Shown: positions 1-11,200 of the stretch, one piece after another
How the letters are laid out: every line of letters starts with the position of its first letter
Position numbering within the stretch: the stretch's first letter is position 1
NCBI GenBank assembly: GCA_964343575.1
Contig: CAYFJV010000001.1
Coordinates: 155,402 to 200,704, forward strand
DNA length: 45,303 nucleotides
Origin: an uncultured Methanosarcinales archaeon
GTDB taxonomy: Archaea > Nanobdellota > Nanobdellia > Woesearchaeales > GW2011-AR9
Direction of reading: 5' to 3'
Notes under the pieces: model-generated
The model's input: the letters and a program-made list of their open reading frames with translations, nothing else
Database searches by the model: none
What the model was told of the DNA's origin: nothing
Position numbers and translations under genes: made by a program

Positions 1-471
1 GGTTATTTTTTTCCCACCAACTTTCATCTTCTTTCCAAGAATAGCAACGAGCCCAAGTACAATGGTAGTATCAATAATGTTTGCTCCAATAACATCTCCA
101 AGAACAAGATCTCCTTTTCCTGCAAGTGAAGAGAAAAATGCTGTGCTGAGCTCGGGGAGAGAGGTACAAAAGGCAACGATAACAAAACCAAGTAAGTATT
201 CTGAAAGCCCTGTTTTGTGTGCATAATCTGTGATAGAAGAGATAATATAACCTGCAGACTTCATGATTATGAAGAAGCTGATGAGTATAATGATGATAAG
301 TTGAGTGGTTTCTGCCTGAGGAAGAAGTAGGTTGACTTGTATGAGGATGAGAAGAAGAATTGCTGCGATAATCCAGGAAAGATTGTTCTTGATAAAATGG
401 TGATGCTTTCCTAGTTTATCCTTTTCTCTGCCCTTAGTACCCTTGATTTTGCTCTTCTTTTTCTTAGCCAC
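1..471 (-). CDS. Na+/Ca2+ exchanger (CaCA/YrbG family), partial, runs off the left end of the window
   Basis: Not in the ORF track. Manual translation from GTG at 471: MAKKKKSK...GLSEYLLGFVIVAFCTSLPELSTAFFSSLAGKGDLVLGDVIGANIID. This contains the alpha-1 repeat (TSLPE...G.VIG.N) and several hydrophobic helices. Confidence 0.88.
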   Translation of the reverse strand, partial: MAKKKKSKIKGTKGREKDKLGKHHHFIKNNLSWIIAAILLLILIQVNLLLPQAETTQLIIIILISFFIIMKSAGYIISSITDYAHKTGLSEYLLGFVIVAFCTSLPELSTAFFSSLAGKGDLVLGDVIGANIIDTTIVLGLVAILGKKMKVGGKKIT

Positions 472-503
472 AAGCAGAAGAAAGAAATTAAAGTTTAAAT
501 GTC

Positions 504-3245
504 TTACTTCTTCTTGCCTTTGCCTTTTGGATCCTTTTTTCTGTTTCTTAGCTTCCTTATCGTGTAATAGCCCTTGTTAATTAAGTAAAGGAGTAAAGCT
601 GCAGCAACAATTACTGCCCAATCGGCAATCTCAAGAGGAACTGTTCCAAAAACATGTCTGAGAGGACTGTAAACAGAAATGAGTTGCACAGCAAAGGAAG
701 CAACAACCGCCGCTAAGAGCCATTTGTTTGAGAAAAAGCCAAGGTGGTAACGAGAACGGATCATTTGTAGCCGTGCAATCTCAAAGACAACAAAGCTACT
801 AAAAGCAACTGTTTGAGCTTTTGCTAAGCTGCTTTTTTCTAGGTAGAGCCAGAAAAGACCGAGTACGATTACTCCAATAGAAATTCCTACCAGGAAAATG
901 TCGCCTTGTAGCTCTTTAGAGAGAATACTTTCTTTTGCTGGGCGCGGCTTTCTTTTCATGATTTCTTTTTCATGAGGGTCAATGCTTAGAGCAGTTGCTG
1001 GAAGCCCGTCAGTAATGAGATTAATCCAAAGGATTTGAATTGCGGTAAGTGGCAGCGGCATTCCAAAGAGCGCAGCAAAAAAGATTGCTGTAATCTCACC
1101 TAAATTGCTTGAAAGAAGATAATTGACAAACTTCCTGATATTATCAAAGATGCCTCTCCCTTCTTCTACTGCGCCTACAATGGATGTAAAATTATCGTCA
1201 GTTAAGATCATATCTGCAGCTTCTTTAGCAACATCTGTTCCTGTGATCCCCATAGAAACCCCGATGTCTGCTTTTTTAAGAGCAGGAGCATCATTTACTC
1301 CATCTCCGGTCATAGCAACAACATAGCCTTTCTTTTGTAAGGCCTTAACTATGTTGAGTTTGTGTTCTGGCTTTACTCTTGCGCAAATGCCAATTTTATC
1401 TATTTGTTTTTCAAGATCTTTCTCACTGAGTCTCTCAAGCTCTTGTCCGGTGAGAGCCTTCCCAGTAATGCCAAGCTGCTTTGCAATTGCCTGCGCTGTT
1501 GTTAAGTGATCTCCAGTGATCATTACAACTTTAATTCCTGCACTTTGGCACTCTTTCACGGATTGTTTTACTTCTTCCCTTGGAGGATCAATCATTGCTT
1601 GTAAGCCAACGAAAACCATATCTTGTTCTGCACTCGCTTTGCTTCTTTTGTTGAAAGTAGTATTGTAGGCAAAACCAAGAACACGAAGAGCTTGCTTAGC
1701 GTAGACCTCATTTTGAGCAAGAATTGCTTTTCTTGTTTTGTTATCCATACGTTTTACTTTTCCATCAATAAGAATGCGATTACAACGTCGGATAATAATG
1801 TCTGGTGCACCTTTACTATAAGAGACCACTTTATTCCCATCAAGTTTGCTTGCCTTTACTTCATGAAAAGTAGTCATCATCTTTCGCTCAGAACTAAAAG
1901 GGATCTCATTGACTCTTGGCATTTCTTTGCTGAGTTCTTCTACTGAAAAGCCTGCCTTTTCAGCAGAGACGATAAGTGCAGCTTCAGTTGGATCCCCAAA
2001 AAGTTCACGAAGCTTTTTCTTGTTATCTTCATTGCTTTCTTTCTCCCTTTTTCCTTCTTTACTTGAATCTTCTCCGAGTTTAGCATCGTTACAAAGCATC
2101 CCTATCTTGAGAATCTGATAGAGAAGCTTTGGATTTGCAAGCTTCTTTTTGCCAGCTTTCGTCTCCTCAACAAAAGCTCCATGACTACTGTAACCTGCTC
2201 CAGTTACTTCGTAATTTGTTGTGTTGGTCCAAATGTGGGTTACAGTCATTTGGTTATGTGTAAGGGTGCCTGTCTTATCGGTACAAATAACATTGACGCT
2301 TCCTAAAGTTTCAACAGAGGCAAGCTTTCGTACCAGCACGTTTTTTTTGATCATCTTTTGCACGCCGAGGGCAAGGGAGACAGTGATTACAGCGGGGAGT
2401 CCTTCTGGTATTGCAGCTACCGCAAGCGCTATTGCTGTGAGTAGCATGACTGTTGCTGCTTTCCCTGAAATGAGCCCTGCTAAGAAGGTAACTATGGCAA
2501 CGATTATTACTGCGATAGTAAGATAAGTTCCTAATTGTCTGAGTTTCTTTTGTAAAGGAGTATATTTTTCATGAGCTTCTTGAATGAGACTAGCAATTTT
2601 TCCAATCTCACTTTGCATACCTGTTTTTACAATGATTGCAGTGGCTCTTCCTGCTGAAACTACTGTTCCAGCATAAACCATATTTTTTCTTTCAGCAAGT
2701 ACCGTTTTTTTGTCAAGAATTTTACTATGTTTAGTGATTGGTTGAGATTCTCCAGTGAGTGGCCCTTCTTGAGTTTTAAAGTTGTGAGTTTCTATAAGCC
2801 TGGCGTCAGCAGGTATCTTGTCTCCTGTTTCAAGAATAATGATGTCTCCTGGAACAAGATCTCTACTATTGAGCTTCTTTTCTTTCCCTCCCCTGAGTAC
2901 TTTAGCTTGTAGAGAAGCTAGTTTTTGCAGTGCTTCGATGGACTTCTCTGCTCGAAACTCTTGGAAGAACCCTAAGGCAGCGTTGATAATAATGATAAGG
3001 GCTATGACAATAGCGTCTACCTCCTCTTTAAGAAAGATTGAGACAAAGAGTGCGAAGATGAGTATCCAAACAAGGGGGCTGTTGAACTGCTCGAGAAAAA
3101 TTTTTAGGGGACTAACTTTCTTTCCTTGCTCCAATTCGTTGGGCCCATACTTGTCAAACCTTCTCTTTGCCTCAGTATGGCTGAGTCCTTTAGCTGAACT
3201 TTTTAGAATTTTGAGAACTTCTTCTTTCTTTTGATCAAAGTACAT
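504..3245 (-). CDS. P2A-type (Ca2+-translocating) P-type ATPase
   Basis: TGES, PEGLP, DKTGT phosphorylation site, KGAP, TGDGVND and WINLITDG motifs. Start placed at the ATG at 3245 (MYFDQ), which has GAGGTG upstream; the ORF track extends to 3314. Confidence 0.93.
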   Translation of the reverse strand: MYFDQKKEEVLKILKSSAKGLSHTEAKRRFDKYGPNELEQGKKVSPLKIFLEQFNSPLVWILIFALFVSIFLKEEVDAIVIALIIIINAALGFFQEFRAEKSIEALQKLASLQAKVLRGGKEKKLNSRDLVPGDIIILETGDKIPADARLIETHNFKTQEGPLTGESQPITKHSKILDKKTVLAERKNMVYAGTVVSAGRATAIIVKTGMQSEIGKIASLIQEAHEKYTPLQKKLRQLGTYLTIAVIIVAIVTFLAGLISGKAATVMLLTAIALAVAAIPEGLPAVITVSLALGVQKMIKKNVLVRKLASVETLGSVNVICTDKTGTLTHNQMTVTHIWTNTTNYEVTGAGYSSHGAFVEETKAGKKKLANPKLLYQILKIGMLCNDAKLGEDSSKEGKREKESNEDNKKKLRELFGDPTEAALIVSAEKAGFSVEELSKEMPRVNEIPFSSERKMMTTFHEVKASKLDGNKVVSYSKGAPDIIIRRCNRILIDGKVKRMDNKTRKAILAQNEVYAKQALRVLGFAYNTTFNKRSKASAEQDMVFVGLQAMIDPPREEVKQSVKECQSAGIKVVMITGDHLTTAQAIAKQLGITGKALTGQELERLSEKDLEKQIDKIGICARVKPEHKLNIVKALQKKGYVVAMTGDGVNDAPALKKADIGVSMGITGTDVAKEAADMILTDDNFTSIVGAVEEGRGIFDNIRKFVNYLLSSNLGEITAIFFAALFGMPLPLTAIQILWINLITDGLPATALSIDPHEKEIMKRKPRPAKESILSKELQGDIFLVGISIGVIVLGLFWLYLEKSSLAKAQTVAFSSFVVFEIARLQMIRSRYHLGFFSNKWLLAAVVASFAVQLISVYSPLRHVFGTVPLEIADWAVIVAAALLLYLINKGYYTIRKLRNRKKDPKGKGKKK

Positions 3246-3466
3246 TATCCCCCACCTCTTGCTACTCTCAACTGCAGTAAGAGAGAAAGTTATAAATGCT
3301 TTTTGTTTGTTCATAGTGTTTGGTGTTTTTTTTGTGTTTTGAATAGTTGTGACTTCCTTAGTATCTTGTTGCTACCTTATGTTGGGGTTGTTTGCTGTTC
3401 TTGTTCATTCTGGCTGTGTTTTAGAGATAGAAGGTTGGCTATTGGGTTCTTGAATGAAACGTTAGC

Positions 3467-3474
3467 TTTAAATA
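3467..3474 (+). promoter_or_regulatory. TATA box of surface protein 1
   Basis: TTTAAATA ending 28 nt before the ATG at 3502, the same spacing as at 8210 and 12189. Confidence 0.55.
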
Positions 3475-3501
3475 ATGCAATTTCATGATTTTTATCAGAT
3501 A

Positions 3502-6500
3502 ATGCAGTTGTGTAAAAGAGGTGAAGAGGTACTTTTTTTAGCTTTAGCAGCGTTAGTTATCTTGGGTGGTTTTGCCTTGCTCAATTCTGATTTTGGTTTT
3601 ACTGGTGCTGCAGTAGGGACTGGCACCACTTTTGGGGAGGATAGTGAGCTTGGAGCGGAGCCTGAAGCAGGGGATGAAGATGTAGATGCTTCAAAGGAGC
3701 CAGCTGAAAGTGCTGAAGAGTCTGAAGATGATCCTGAAGAAGAGGATTCTGGCTCTGGCGAAGGAGTTGGAGCCAGCGCAGTTGGTTTTGATGAAGGTGA
3801 CGGTTCTGGAGAGGGCGCAGGTGGAGGAATAGGTGCTACTGGCTTGATTGATGTTAATAATGTTGATGGAATTGCGGTTTATGCTCTCCAGGGAAATGTT
3901 GTTGGTTATCGATTGTATGATAATAGCTCTACTAATGTGAGTGCTCAAAACAATATTAGTCAAGATTTTGGAGAAACCATTCAAAATTTGATGATTGCAG
4001 GAAACCATGAACGTGATGAGTTTATTCTTCTTACTCTTGGTGATGAAGATCAAGTGTGTAGCTCTATGATTTATGATGCAGAAGCAGGAACTTGGGGAAA
4101 TTATTACAATCTTACTGATTCTTGTTCTAACACTGGGAATGCTCATTTCTTTGATGTGGCTTTTGAAGATGTTTCGGGGGACGCAATTATTGTTTATGCT
4201 AGCTCTGGCTCTTCGGTCACTACTCTTAATTATACTATCTGGGATGGGAGTTCTTACTCTGCCAGTCAAGAGATCAGTTATTCTACGGCTGGAAGATTAC
4301 GTCAAGCTCGTCTCTATCCAAAAGAAGGAACCGATGAGATGATGTTTATTGGACAAACAGGAAATCAGGATGTTTTTGCTTGGTTTTGGAATGGGAGTAG
4401 TTTTGAAGATTCTGTAGATATTACCTCGGTAGCATCAGATGCGTCTCCAAAAACGTTTTCTTTTTCATGGGAATCTTTGAGTGGTGATGGAGTACTAGCC
4501 TATGGGCAGAACAAAGATGGGCTTTATCTTACTACTTTTAATTCGAGCAATAAATCTTGGGAAGGCATTGTGGTGAACGCTACTGCAACAACTAATGAGC
4601 CGGTGAAAGTACAGAGTTGTGCGGATCCAAACTCAGATTATGTTGCTTTCATTTTTAAGGATTCGGGAAGTGATGTCTATCCAAGAATTTGGAATGGAAC
4701 AGATTTTGAAACCAGCCCAGCACCTCCAACCGAAGAAACTAGTACGGAAGGTTCAGAAGCGGGGGTGATGAATGTTGATTGTGCTTGGAATTCCTCGGGA
4801 GTGGTGACTTTTATGTATGTTGATGGAGCAAATGCAGATGATGAAGAGATTTCTTACTTTACCTATGATAAGAGCTCTTGGTCGGTGGCTGATTTAGATG
4901 ATGCTCCTCTCTCTCCAACCCTCGCTGATGATGGTTATCCAATTAAGTCTATTGAAATAGCAGAAAATCCTGTTAATGATGATCTTATGGTTCACTTCAT
5001 CGATGGGGGAAGTTCGGATGATTTAGGTCTTGGGCTTTATTCGGAAGGGTCTTGGATACCAATTATGGATGGATTGGCTGGAGATGTTTTAGAGTGTGGT
5101 GGGCTTGAAGTTTCTGCTCAATGTGCTTACTTTGCTTGGGACCAGTATGATGTCTCTCCAAACGTGACTTCTCTCTCTTTTGAAAACGAGAGTATTAGAC
5201 CTTTTGAGCAAACAGAAGTGAATGTAACTGTTGTTGATAACATTGGAGTTTCACAAGTCTTCATCAATTTTACCGATCCTGATGGAACTGTTCAGCAAAT
5301 TGAGCTTACAGATAGTGATGGAGATGATGTATACAACGGAACTTATACAGCTACAGAAACGTCTGGCGTGTTTAATGTTACTATTATAGCTAATGACACT
5401 AGTACACATATGAACGTGAATGATTCTGAACTGAGTACTTTTACTGTGAATAATTCTCTTCCGGTGGTGAGTGATCTTGAACTTTTGACAGCTACTGGAG
5501 GTAATGCTACTAATGAGAATGTAAGTGCAAGTTTTACCCTGAGTGATGATAATAATGATTCTGTTCGTAATGTGACTACATGGTATCTAAACAGTAGCTC
5601 GATTATGGTGCTTAACATGCCTTTTGAAGTGTCAGGAGATGAAAATAGAACTAATGCGACAGATTATTCTCCTTATGGGAATAATGGGACTCCTTACAAC
5701 TTAGCATCCACTACAGACGCTGTTTGGAATGCAACGGGGGGTTTTGATGGTGGTGGGGCCTATGAGTTTGATGGTGGCGGCGGTGGTATCCTTGTTGGAA
5801 ATGATCCTTCTTTGCACCCGACTGAAGAAATTACTGTTTGTACTTGGGTCAGTTTGGAAGGAGCAGGGGGCCTTTACAACTACAATGCTATTGTCTCTGT
5901 AGATGATGATGATAAGGGATATGAACTAATGTATTACAAAGATGATGATGTCTTTCAGTTTTGGATTTATGATGGAAATTGGGGAACACCAGCAAAAACA
6001 AATAGTACATTTACTGGTGGTGAGGGCTGGCAGCACCTCTGTGGAACTTACAATAATGGTAGAGATGAACTTTTCTTTTATCTTAATGGGGTACAGCAAA
6101 CAGATGGTGCGCAAACAGGAAGTATTACTTATCAGACAGGAGAAAATACTAATGTTTATATTGGGGATTATAACAAAAGTGGGGCAGCCACAGGATATTT
6201 TAATGGTGCAATTGATGAAGTGATGATCTTTAACAGAACTTTGAGTGTTGATCAAATCCAAGCAATCTATGATAACCAAAGTCAGCTTCTTGTGAGTCAG
6301 GAAACAGATATCGATGATTCTTGGAGTGTTTGTGTTACTGGAAACGATGGTTATGATGATGGGACAGAAGTCTGTAGTAGCGCCATGACTATTTTGGAAG
6401 CGGATTCTAGCGAACCTACTGTTACTGTTGATGATCCAACAGAAGATAGTTCTTTTAATGTTACTGATTCTGTAGTGATTGCTGCTAATGTAAGTGATAC

Positions 6501-8094
6501 TACTGCAGTTGAAACAGTTTTAGCTAATGTGAGTTATCCAAATGGTACTTTGGAGCAGTATACTTTAGAGTTTGATAGCGGCTCTCGTTACAATATAAGT
6601 TTTAGTTCCCCTGCCCTTTTAGGAAGCTTTAATGTAACTTACATTGCTAATGATAGCCTTGGAAATGAAAATAGTTCGGTGACAACAAATTTTACTCTCG
6701 TTGATCAAGCAGCTCCAACTGTAACAAGAGATTCCCCTGAAGAAGATAGTGTTCACAATATTAGTGGGGCGGTGGTGCTGGCTGCTAATGTGAGTGATAG
6801 TATTGCTGTTGATACTGTTTTAGTTAATGTGAGTTATCCTAATGGTACTTTGGAGCAATACACTTTGGAACTTGATAGTGGAGATCGTTATAATGTCACT
6901 TTCACTGCACCTGTGCTCCTTGGAAACTTTAATGTAACTTACATTGCCAATGATAGTTCAGGGAATAGTAATTCCTCGGTTCTAGGGAATTTTACGATAA
7001 CTGACCCTTTTGCCCCAAATGTTACTGGTCTCCTTCCAGAGAATGATTCTAGTTATACTTCTGGAGATATTGTTGAGATCTCAGCTAACCTGAGTGATCA
7101 AACTTTCATTGATACTGTCTTAGCTAATGTCTCTCTTCCGAACGGTTCAATAAGCACTCTTACTCTGAGTAATGGAACGAATCATAGTTTACAGTTCAAT
7201 GCTTCTTTTACCACGGACCAAGTAGGCGTCCATAATGTTACCTTCATTGCTAACGATACCAGCGGAATGGAAAACGATACTGAACGAACAAACTTTACTG
7301 TTACTGCGGCGAGTAGTAGTTCTGAAAGCTCAGGAGATTCAGGAGGATCTTCTGGAGGAAGTGGTAGTGGTGGTGGATCCGTAAGTACTAATAATTCTGG
7401 AAGTGCAGGGGCGGCAAGTAGTGTTACGAGCTCTGTTGAGGGAGATTCTCACAAAGAGATTTGGACCCTTATTTACGAAGGAGAAACTGCAAGTGTTCAA
7501 GTTGATGATCCACTCATTGCAGTGACTGAAATCTCTTTTTTAGCTTATGATACTTTGGATGGAGCTTGGGTTGAGGTTGAAGTAGTTAGTGATTGGGAGA
7601 TAGGGGTTTCTTTCCTTCCAACTGGTTTTCCAGTTTATCAATATCTTCATATTTTTAGAAGCCCTAATTTTTTAGACGAAGATGTGAGTGAATCTTTGGT
7701 AAGCTTTAGGGTTGATCGAGAGTGGTTAGATTCTTCTGGATATCAAGAAGAACAGCTTTCTTTAATTCATTATAATGGAGACACACAGTATTGGTTTGAT
7801 GAAGATGCAAGCCTTACTCTTGTGGATGATGTTTACGCTTATTATGAAGCAGAAGTGGAAGATTTTAGTTATTTTGCAGTGGCGGTAAGCAAAGAAGCAG
7901 ACTCTGGAAGGGAGGATGCTCTTATTGGGGCAGCAGGCTCTTTGCCAAGAGAAGAGCAGGCTTTTGTTCCTGAACTCTGGATTCAAGCAAGGGAGTCTTT
8001 AGGATTATTTTGGCTTTCAGTCTTGGGAATTTGTTTTTTGGTCTTTGTAGCTGTTTTGGTCTTTGTTCTTACTTTGGGAAGGAAAAGAGACTAG
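3502..8094 (+). CDS. Giant acidic cell-surface protein: propeller-like W(D/N)GSS repeats, Ig-like repeats, LamG/ConA domain, PGF-pre-PGF-like domain, C-terminal TM anchor
   Basis: N-terminus KRG + hydrophobic helix + FTGAAVG; LamG signature (WQHLCGTY...FNGAIDEVMIFNRTLS); repeated NVTYIAND Ig units; YYEAEVEDFSYFAV; C-terminal hydrophobic helix; dense NxS/T sequons. The ORF track starts at 3475. Confidence 0.85.
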   Translation: MQLCKRGEEVLFLALAALVILGGFALLNSDFGFTGAAVGTGTTFGEDSELGAEPEAGDEDVDASKEPAESAEESEDDPEEEDSGSGEGVGASAVGFDEGDGSGEGAGGGIGATGLIDVNNVDGIAVYALQGNVVGYRLYDNSSTNVSAQNNISQDFGETIQNLMIAGNHERDEFILLTLGDEDQVCSSMIYDAEAGTWGNYYNLTDSCSNTGNAHFFDVAFEDVSGDAIIVYASSGSSVTTLNYTIWDGSSYSASQEISYSTAGRLRQARLYPKEGTDEMMFIGQTGNQDVFAWFWNGSSFEDSVDITSVASDASPKTFSFSWESLSGDGVLAYGQNKDGLYLTTFNSSNKSWEGIVVNATATTNEPVKVQSCADPNSDYVAFIFKDSGSDVYPRIWNGTDFETSPAPPTEETSTEGSEAGVMNVDCAWNSSGVVTFMYVDGANADDEEISYFTYDKSSWSVADLDDAPLSPTLADDGYPIKSIEIAENPVNDDLMVHFIDGGSSDDLGLGLYSEGSWIPIMDGLAGDVLECGGLEVSAQCAYFAWDQYDVSPNVTSLSFENESIRPFEQTEVNVTVVDNIGVSQVFINFTDPDGTVQQIELTDSDGDDVYNGTYTATETSGVFNVTIIANDTSTHMNVNDSELSTFTVNNSLPVVSDLELLTATGGNATNENVSASFTLSDDNNDSVRNVTTWYLNSSSIMVLNMPFEVSGDENRTNATDYSPYGNNGTPYNLASTTDAVWNATGGFDGGGAYEFDGGGGGILVGNDPSLHPTEEITVCTWVSLEGAGGLYNYNAIVSVDDDDKGYELMYYKDDDVFQFWIYDGNWGTPAKTNSTFTGGEGWQHLCGTYNNGRDELFFYLNGVQQTDGAQTGSITYQTGENTNVYIGDYNKSGAATGYFNGAIDEVMIFNRTLSVDQIQAIYDNQSQLLVSQETDIDDSWSVCVTGNDGYDDGTEVCSSAMTILEADSSEPTVTVDDPTEDSSFNVTDSVVIAANVSDTTAVETVLANVSYPNGTLEQYTLEFDSGSRYNISFSSPALLGSFNVTYIANDSLGNENSSVTTNFTLVDQAAPTVTRDSPEEDSVHNISGAVVLAANVSDSIAVDTVLVNVSYPNGTLEQYTLELDSGDRYNVTFTAPVLLGNFNVTYIANDSSGNSNSSVLGNFTITDPFAPNVTGLLPENDSSYTSGDIVEISANLSDQTFIDTVLANVSLPNGSISTLTLSNGTNHSLQFNASFTTDQVGVHNVTFIANDTSGMENDTERTNFTVTAASSSSESSGDSGGSSGGSGSGGGSVSTNNSGSAGAASSVTSSVEGDSHKEIWTLIYEGETASVQVDDPLIAVTEISFLAYDTLDGAWVEVEVVSDWEIGVSFLPTGFPVYQYLHIFRSPNFLDEDVSESLVSFRVDREWLDSSGYQEEQLSLIHYNGDTQYWFDEDASLTLVDDVYAYYEAEVEDFSYFAVAVSKEADSGREDALIGAAGSLPREEQAFVPELWIQARESLGLFWLSVLGICFLVFVAVLVFVLTLGRKRD
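6466..6990 (+). repeat. Tandem intragenic duplication (about 303-nt period) encoding Ig-like domains
   Basis: gctaatgtgagttatccaaatggtactttggagcagtatactttagag vs gttaatgtgagttatcctaatggtactttggagcaatacactttggaa; the peptide NVSYPNGTLEQYTLE occurs twice. Confidence 0.8.
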
Positions 8095-8209
8095 AATCTA
8101 TGGCTTCTGGGATCTCTTTTGTCTTTTTTTGTTTTTGATTATTTTTTTTGGATTCTTAAAAACTTCATATTCTACAAGGTTGCTTGCACAAAGTTGTCTC
8201 TTCGCTAGC

Positions 8210-8217
8210 TTTATATA
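8210..8217 (+). promoter_or_regulatory. TATA box of surface protein 2
   Basis: TTTATATA ending 27 nt before the ATG at 8244. Confidence 0.6.
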
Positions 8218-8243
8218 CTTAGATTTGCTCTATTCTCTTGTTT

Positions 8244-11200
8244 ATGTACTATAAGAAAAGAGGTGACCTTCACATAGCTCTAGCGTTAGCTCTCTTCATG
8301 TTTTCTTTGGTTGCAACTCTCCTTATTTTTCAAGGAAGTATTGGTGAAAAGGCTTCTCTTAGTGGTGAACTTACTGCTGCTGCGGTCACGGTTCCTGGGT
8401 TGGTTGTTGATAATGAAAGTTTGGAGGATCTTTTTGAGCAAGGAGAAGGTGTTGTTGGTGGAGAAGAGGAAGAACAAGTTGCTTCTGATCAAGAAAGTGA
8501 AGGAATTGGAGTTTCTGCGGTGGAAATGATTGATGGGGAAGGCTCTGGTTTTGGAGTACAAGCAGAGACAAGCTCCTGCGGAACCATCAGTACAGATACA
8601 AATCTTACTGCTAACATTATTTCAAATGGAACTTGCTTTACTATTGGGGCGGCAGGGATTGTTATTGATGGTCAAGGGTTTACTATCACTGGAGATGGGA
8701 GTGGGAGAGGGATTGATAATAGTGGTGGACATGATGGAGTTACTGTGAGAAACTTTGGAGGAATTAATAATTTTACAAATGCAGTATATTTTGATGGAGT
8801 TGCAACATCAAGTGTTACAAATAATAGCATCAATAGTTCTAATGAAGATGATGCAATTAGCATTCGTATTTTAGATGTTTCAAACTCTAATTCAATAACT
8901 GGTAACATTATTGTTTCTCAGGGAAAAAAAGGTTATGGAGTTTATGTGGATAACTCTGATTCAAACACCATCGAGAATAATGAAATCGTTACAGATGATT
9001 CTTATGGAGTGTTTATTGATACTGGTGCAGAATATAATATTATTGATTGGAATAACATCACTGTTACTGAAGAGGAATCTACCAGTGCAAATGATGAGGC
9101 AATTCAGCTTTGGGATGATTGGAATAAAATTAGAAATAATATTATTAGGACCTTGGAGAGCAATAAACAAGGAGTAAACTCTCAAGGATCTTACAATATT
9201 TTTAAACATAATATTTTCATCACCAATGGGAGCAGTTCTCCTGCGATTGCCATGGGAACTTTTAGCGATAATAACAATATTACCAATAATACCATTGATA
9301 CTTTTGGGGCTTTGTCAAATGGAATCTCTCTCTCGCTTTCCTCTGATCACTATGTTGATTCTAACACCATTACTCTTCATAATGATTCTGCTGCAGGAAT
9401 TTATTTCGATAGAACAGATGATTCTACTATCATTCATAATTGGATTAATGCTAGTCGCTCTTATGGTATTGACCTTGCAGCGGGGGCGAATGGTAATGTA
9501 ATAGATAACAACACTATTTACGTGAATGGTAGTGTAGTTGGTATTAGTAATAGTTTTGGGATTCGAATTACAAATTTAGCAGGAACAAGCTATGATAATA
9601 ACTTTAGAAATAACAATATTTATCTTGAGACAGAGGGAGGTATTGCCTTTCATGATATTGATGTGACTGCTGGAGAGTTTAACACTCTTGTTTATAATAA
9701 CAGCTTCGCAAAATTACACTGGGCAGATTGGTCTAGTGGAGGTCTCTTTGAAGATCTTGATATTAATGGCTCCATGGTTCTAGGTGAAACAATAATTCTT
9801 TCTAATAATTCTGTCTCACTTAATGCAAGTGATTTTGATAATGGCAAAGGTGGCCAGATAAACACAACTGCCAACATTACATTTAAAGGCTTAGAAAATT
9901 TTAGTAACCCCATTGCTCTTAAAGATGATCTCTTTTGTGATGATTGCTCTGGTGTTTTTGAAGTGGAAACTGGCTTGCGAGTTGTAGTTCAACATTTTAG
10001 TACTTACAGCCTGAGAAATAATAGTCTTCCAGAGATCTCTGAATTTGGACACCTCCCTGAGACGGTTCAGTATACAGATAACATGACTGTGCATGTTCTT
10101 TATGAAGACCAAGATTCTCCAACAGATAATGCTACCCTCTATTTTGAGTGGTATTTAAACGAAAGCTTGCAGTATAGTGATACGCTTACTGTAGTTGAAT
10201 CTGGAGACAATGCTACAATCAGTTTGGATGCAGCAAATTATTCCATCGGGGATATCATTAATGTGAGTGTGTATGCAAATGATAGTATGAATGTGAGTTC
10301 TACTTTGTGGTCAGATACGGTGACTATTACTGGACTGATTGATAATGCCCCTGTGGTTCTAACTCACGATTTTAACTCAACTCTTGAGGGGAATAGCACT
10401 CAGGAAAATTTAGAGTGTTTTGTTTTGCTAGAAGATAATGAAAGTAGTAGTCTGGAAGTGTATTGGGAAGTTTATAACGGTACAGAGAGTTATAACAGTA
10501 GTAGTTTGAACCTTAGCAATAATAGTTATGAAAATGTCGTCAATGTAAGTTCTCTTGTTACTGCTGGAGAAGAGAGCTGGACCTGTGGAATTCTTGTTTC
10601 TGACCATAACCAAAATAGTAGCTGGCAAAATCAAAGTATTACTTTGCTCCCTGAAACTCCTCCTGTTATTGCTAGTACTATTTTTAATGCTAGTACTCAC
10701 AATAATTATAGTTCTGATGATATCAATTGTTTTGGAACATTTTTGGATAACCAGAGTTCGAGCCTTACTGCCTATTGGGAAATTTATAACGGAACTGAGC
10801 TTTATAATTCAAGTTCTCTTTCTGTTTCAAACAACAGTTTGGCTGGTCTTGGGAGTGTTTCTTCTTCTTTCACAGATGTTGGAGAGGACTGGGTCTGTGG
10901 TGCTTTAGTTTCAGATTCAATCACAAACACTAGTTGGCTTAATGAAAGTATCATTGTTCGAACAGTAACTCAAGGAGATGTTTTGAAAAGTAATCTTACT
11001 CTTGATGAAAATGTTACCTGTACTGATGACTGCTTGTTCATAGAAGATGAAAATGTTACTCTTTCTCTTAATGGGAATTGTCTTATTGGAAATGGGAGTG
11101 GGATTGGAATCAATAGCTCTGGGAATAACGGTTTTGATCTGATTGGTCCAGGCTGTATCATGAACTTTAGCACAGGGGTTTATCTCGAATCTGGAACTGA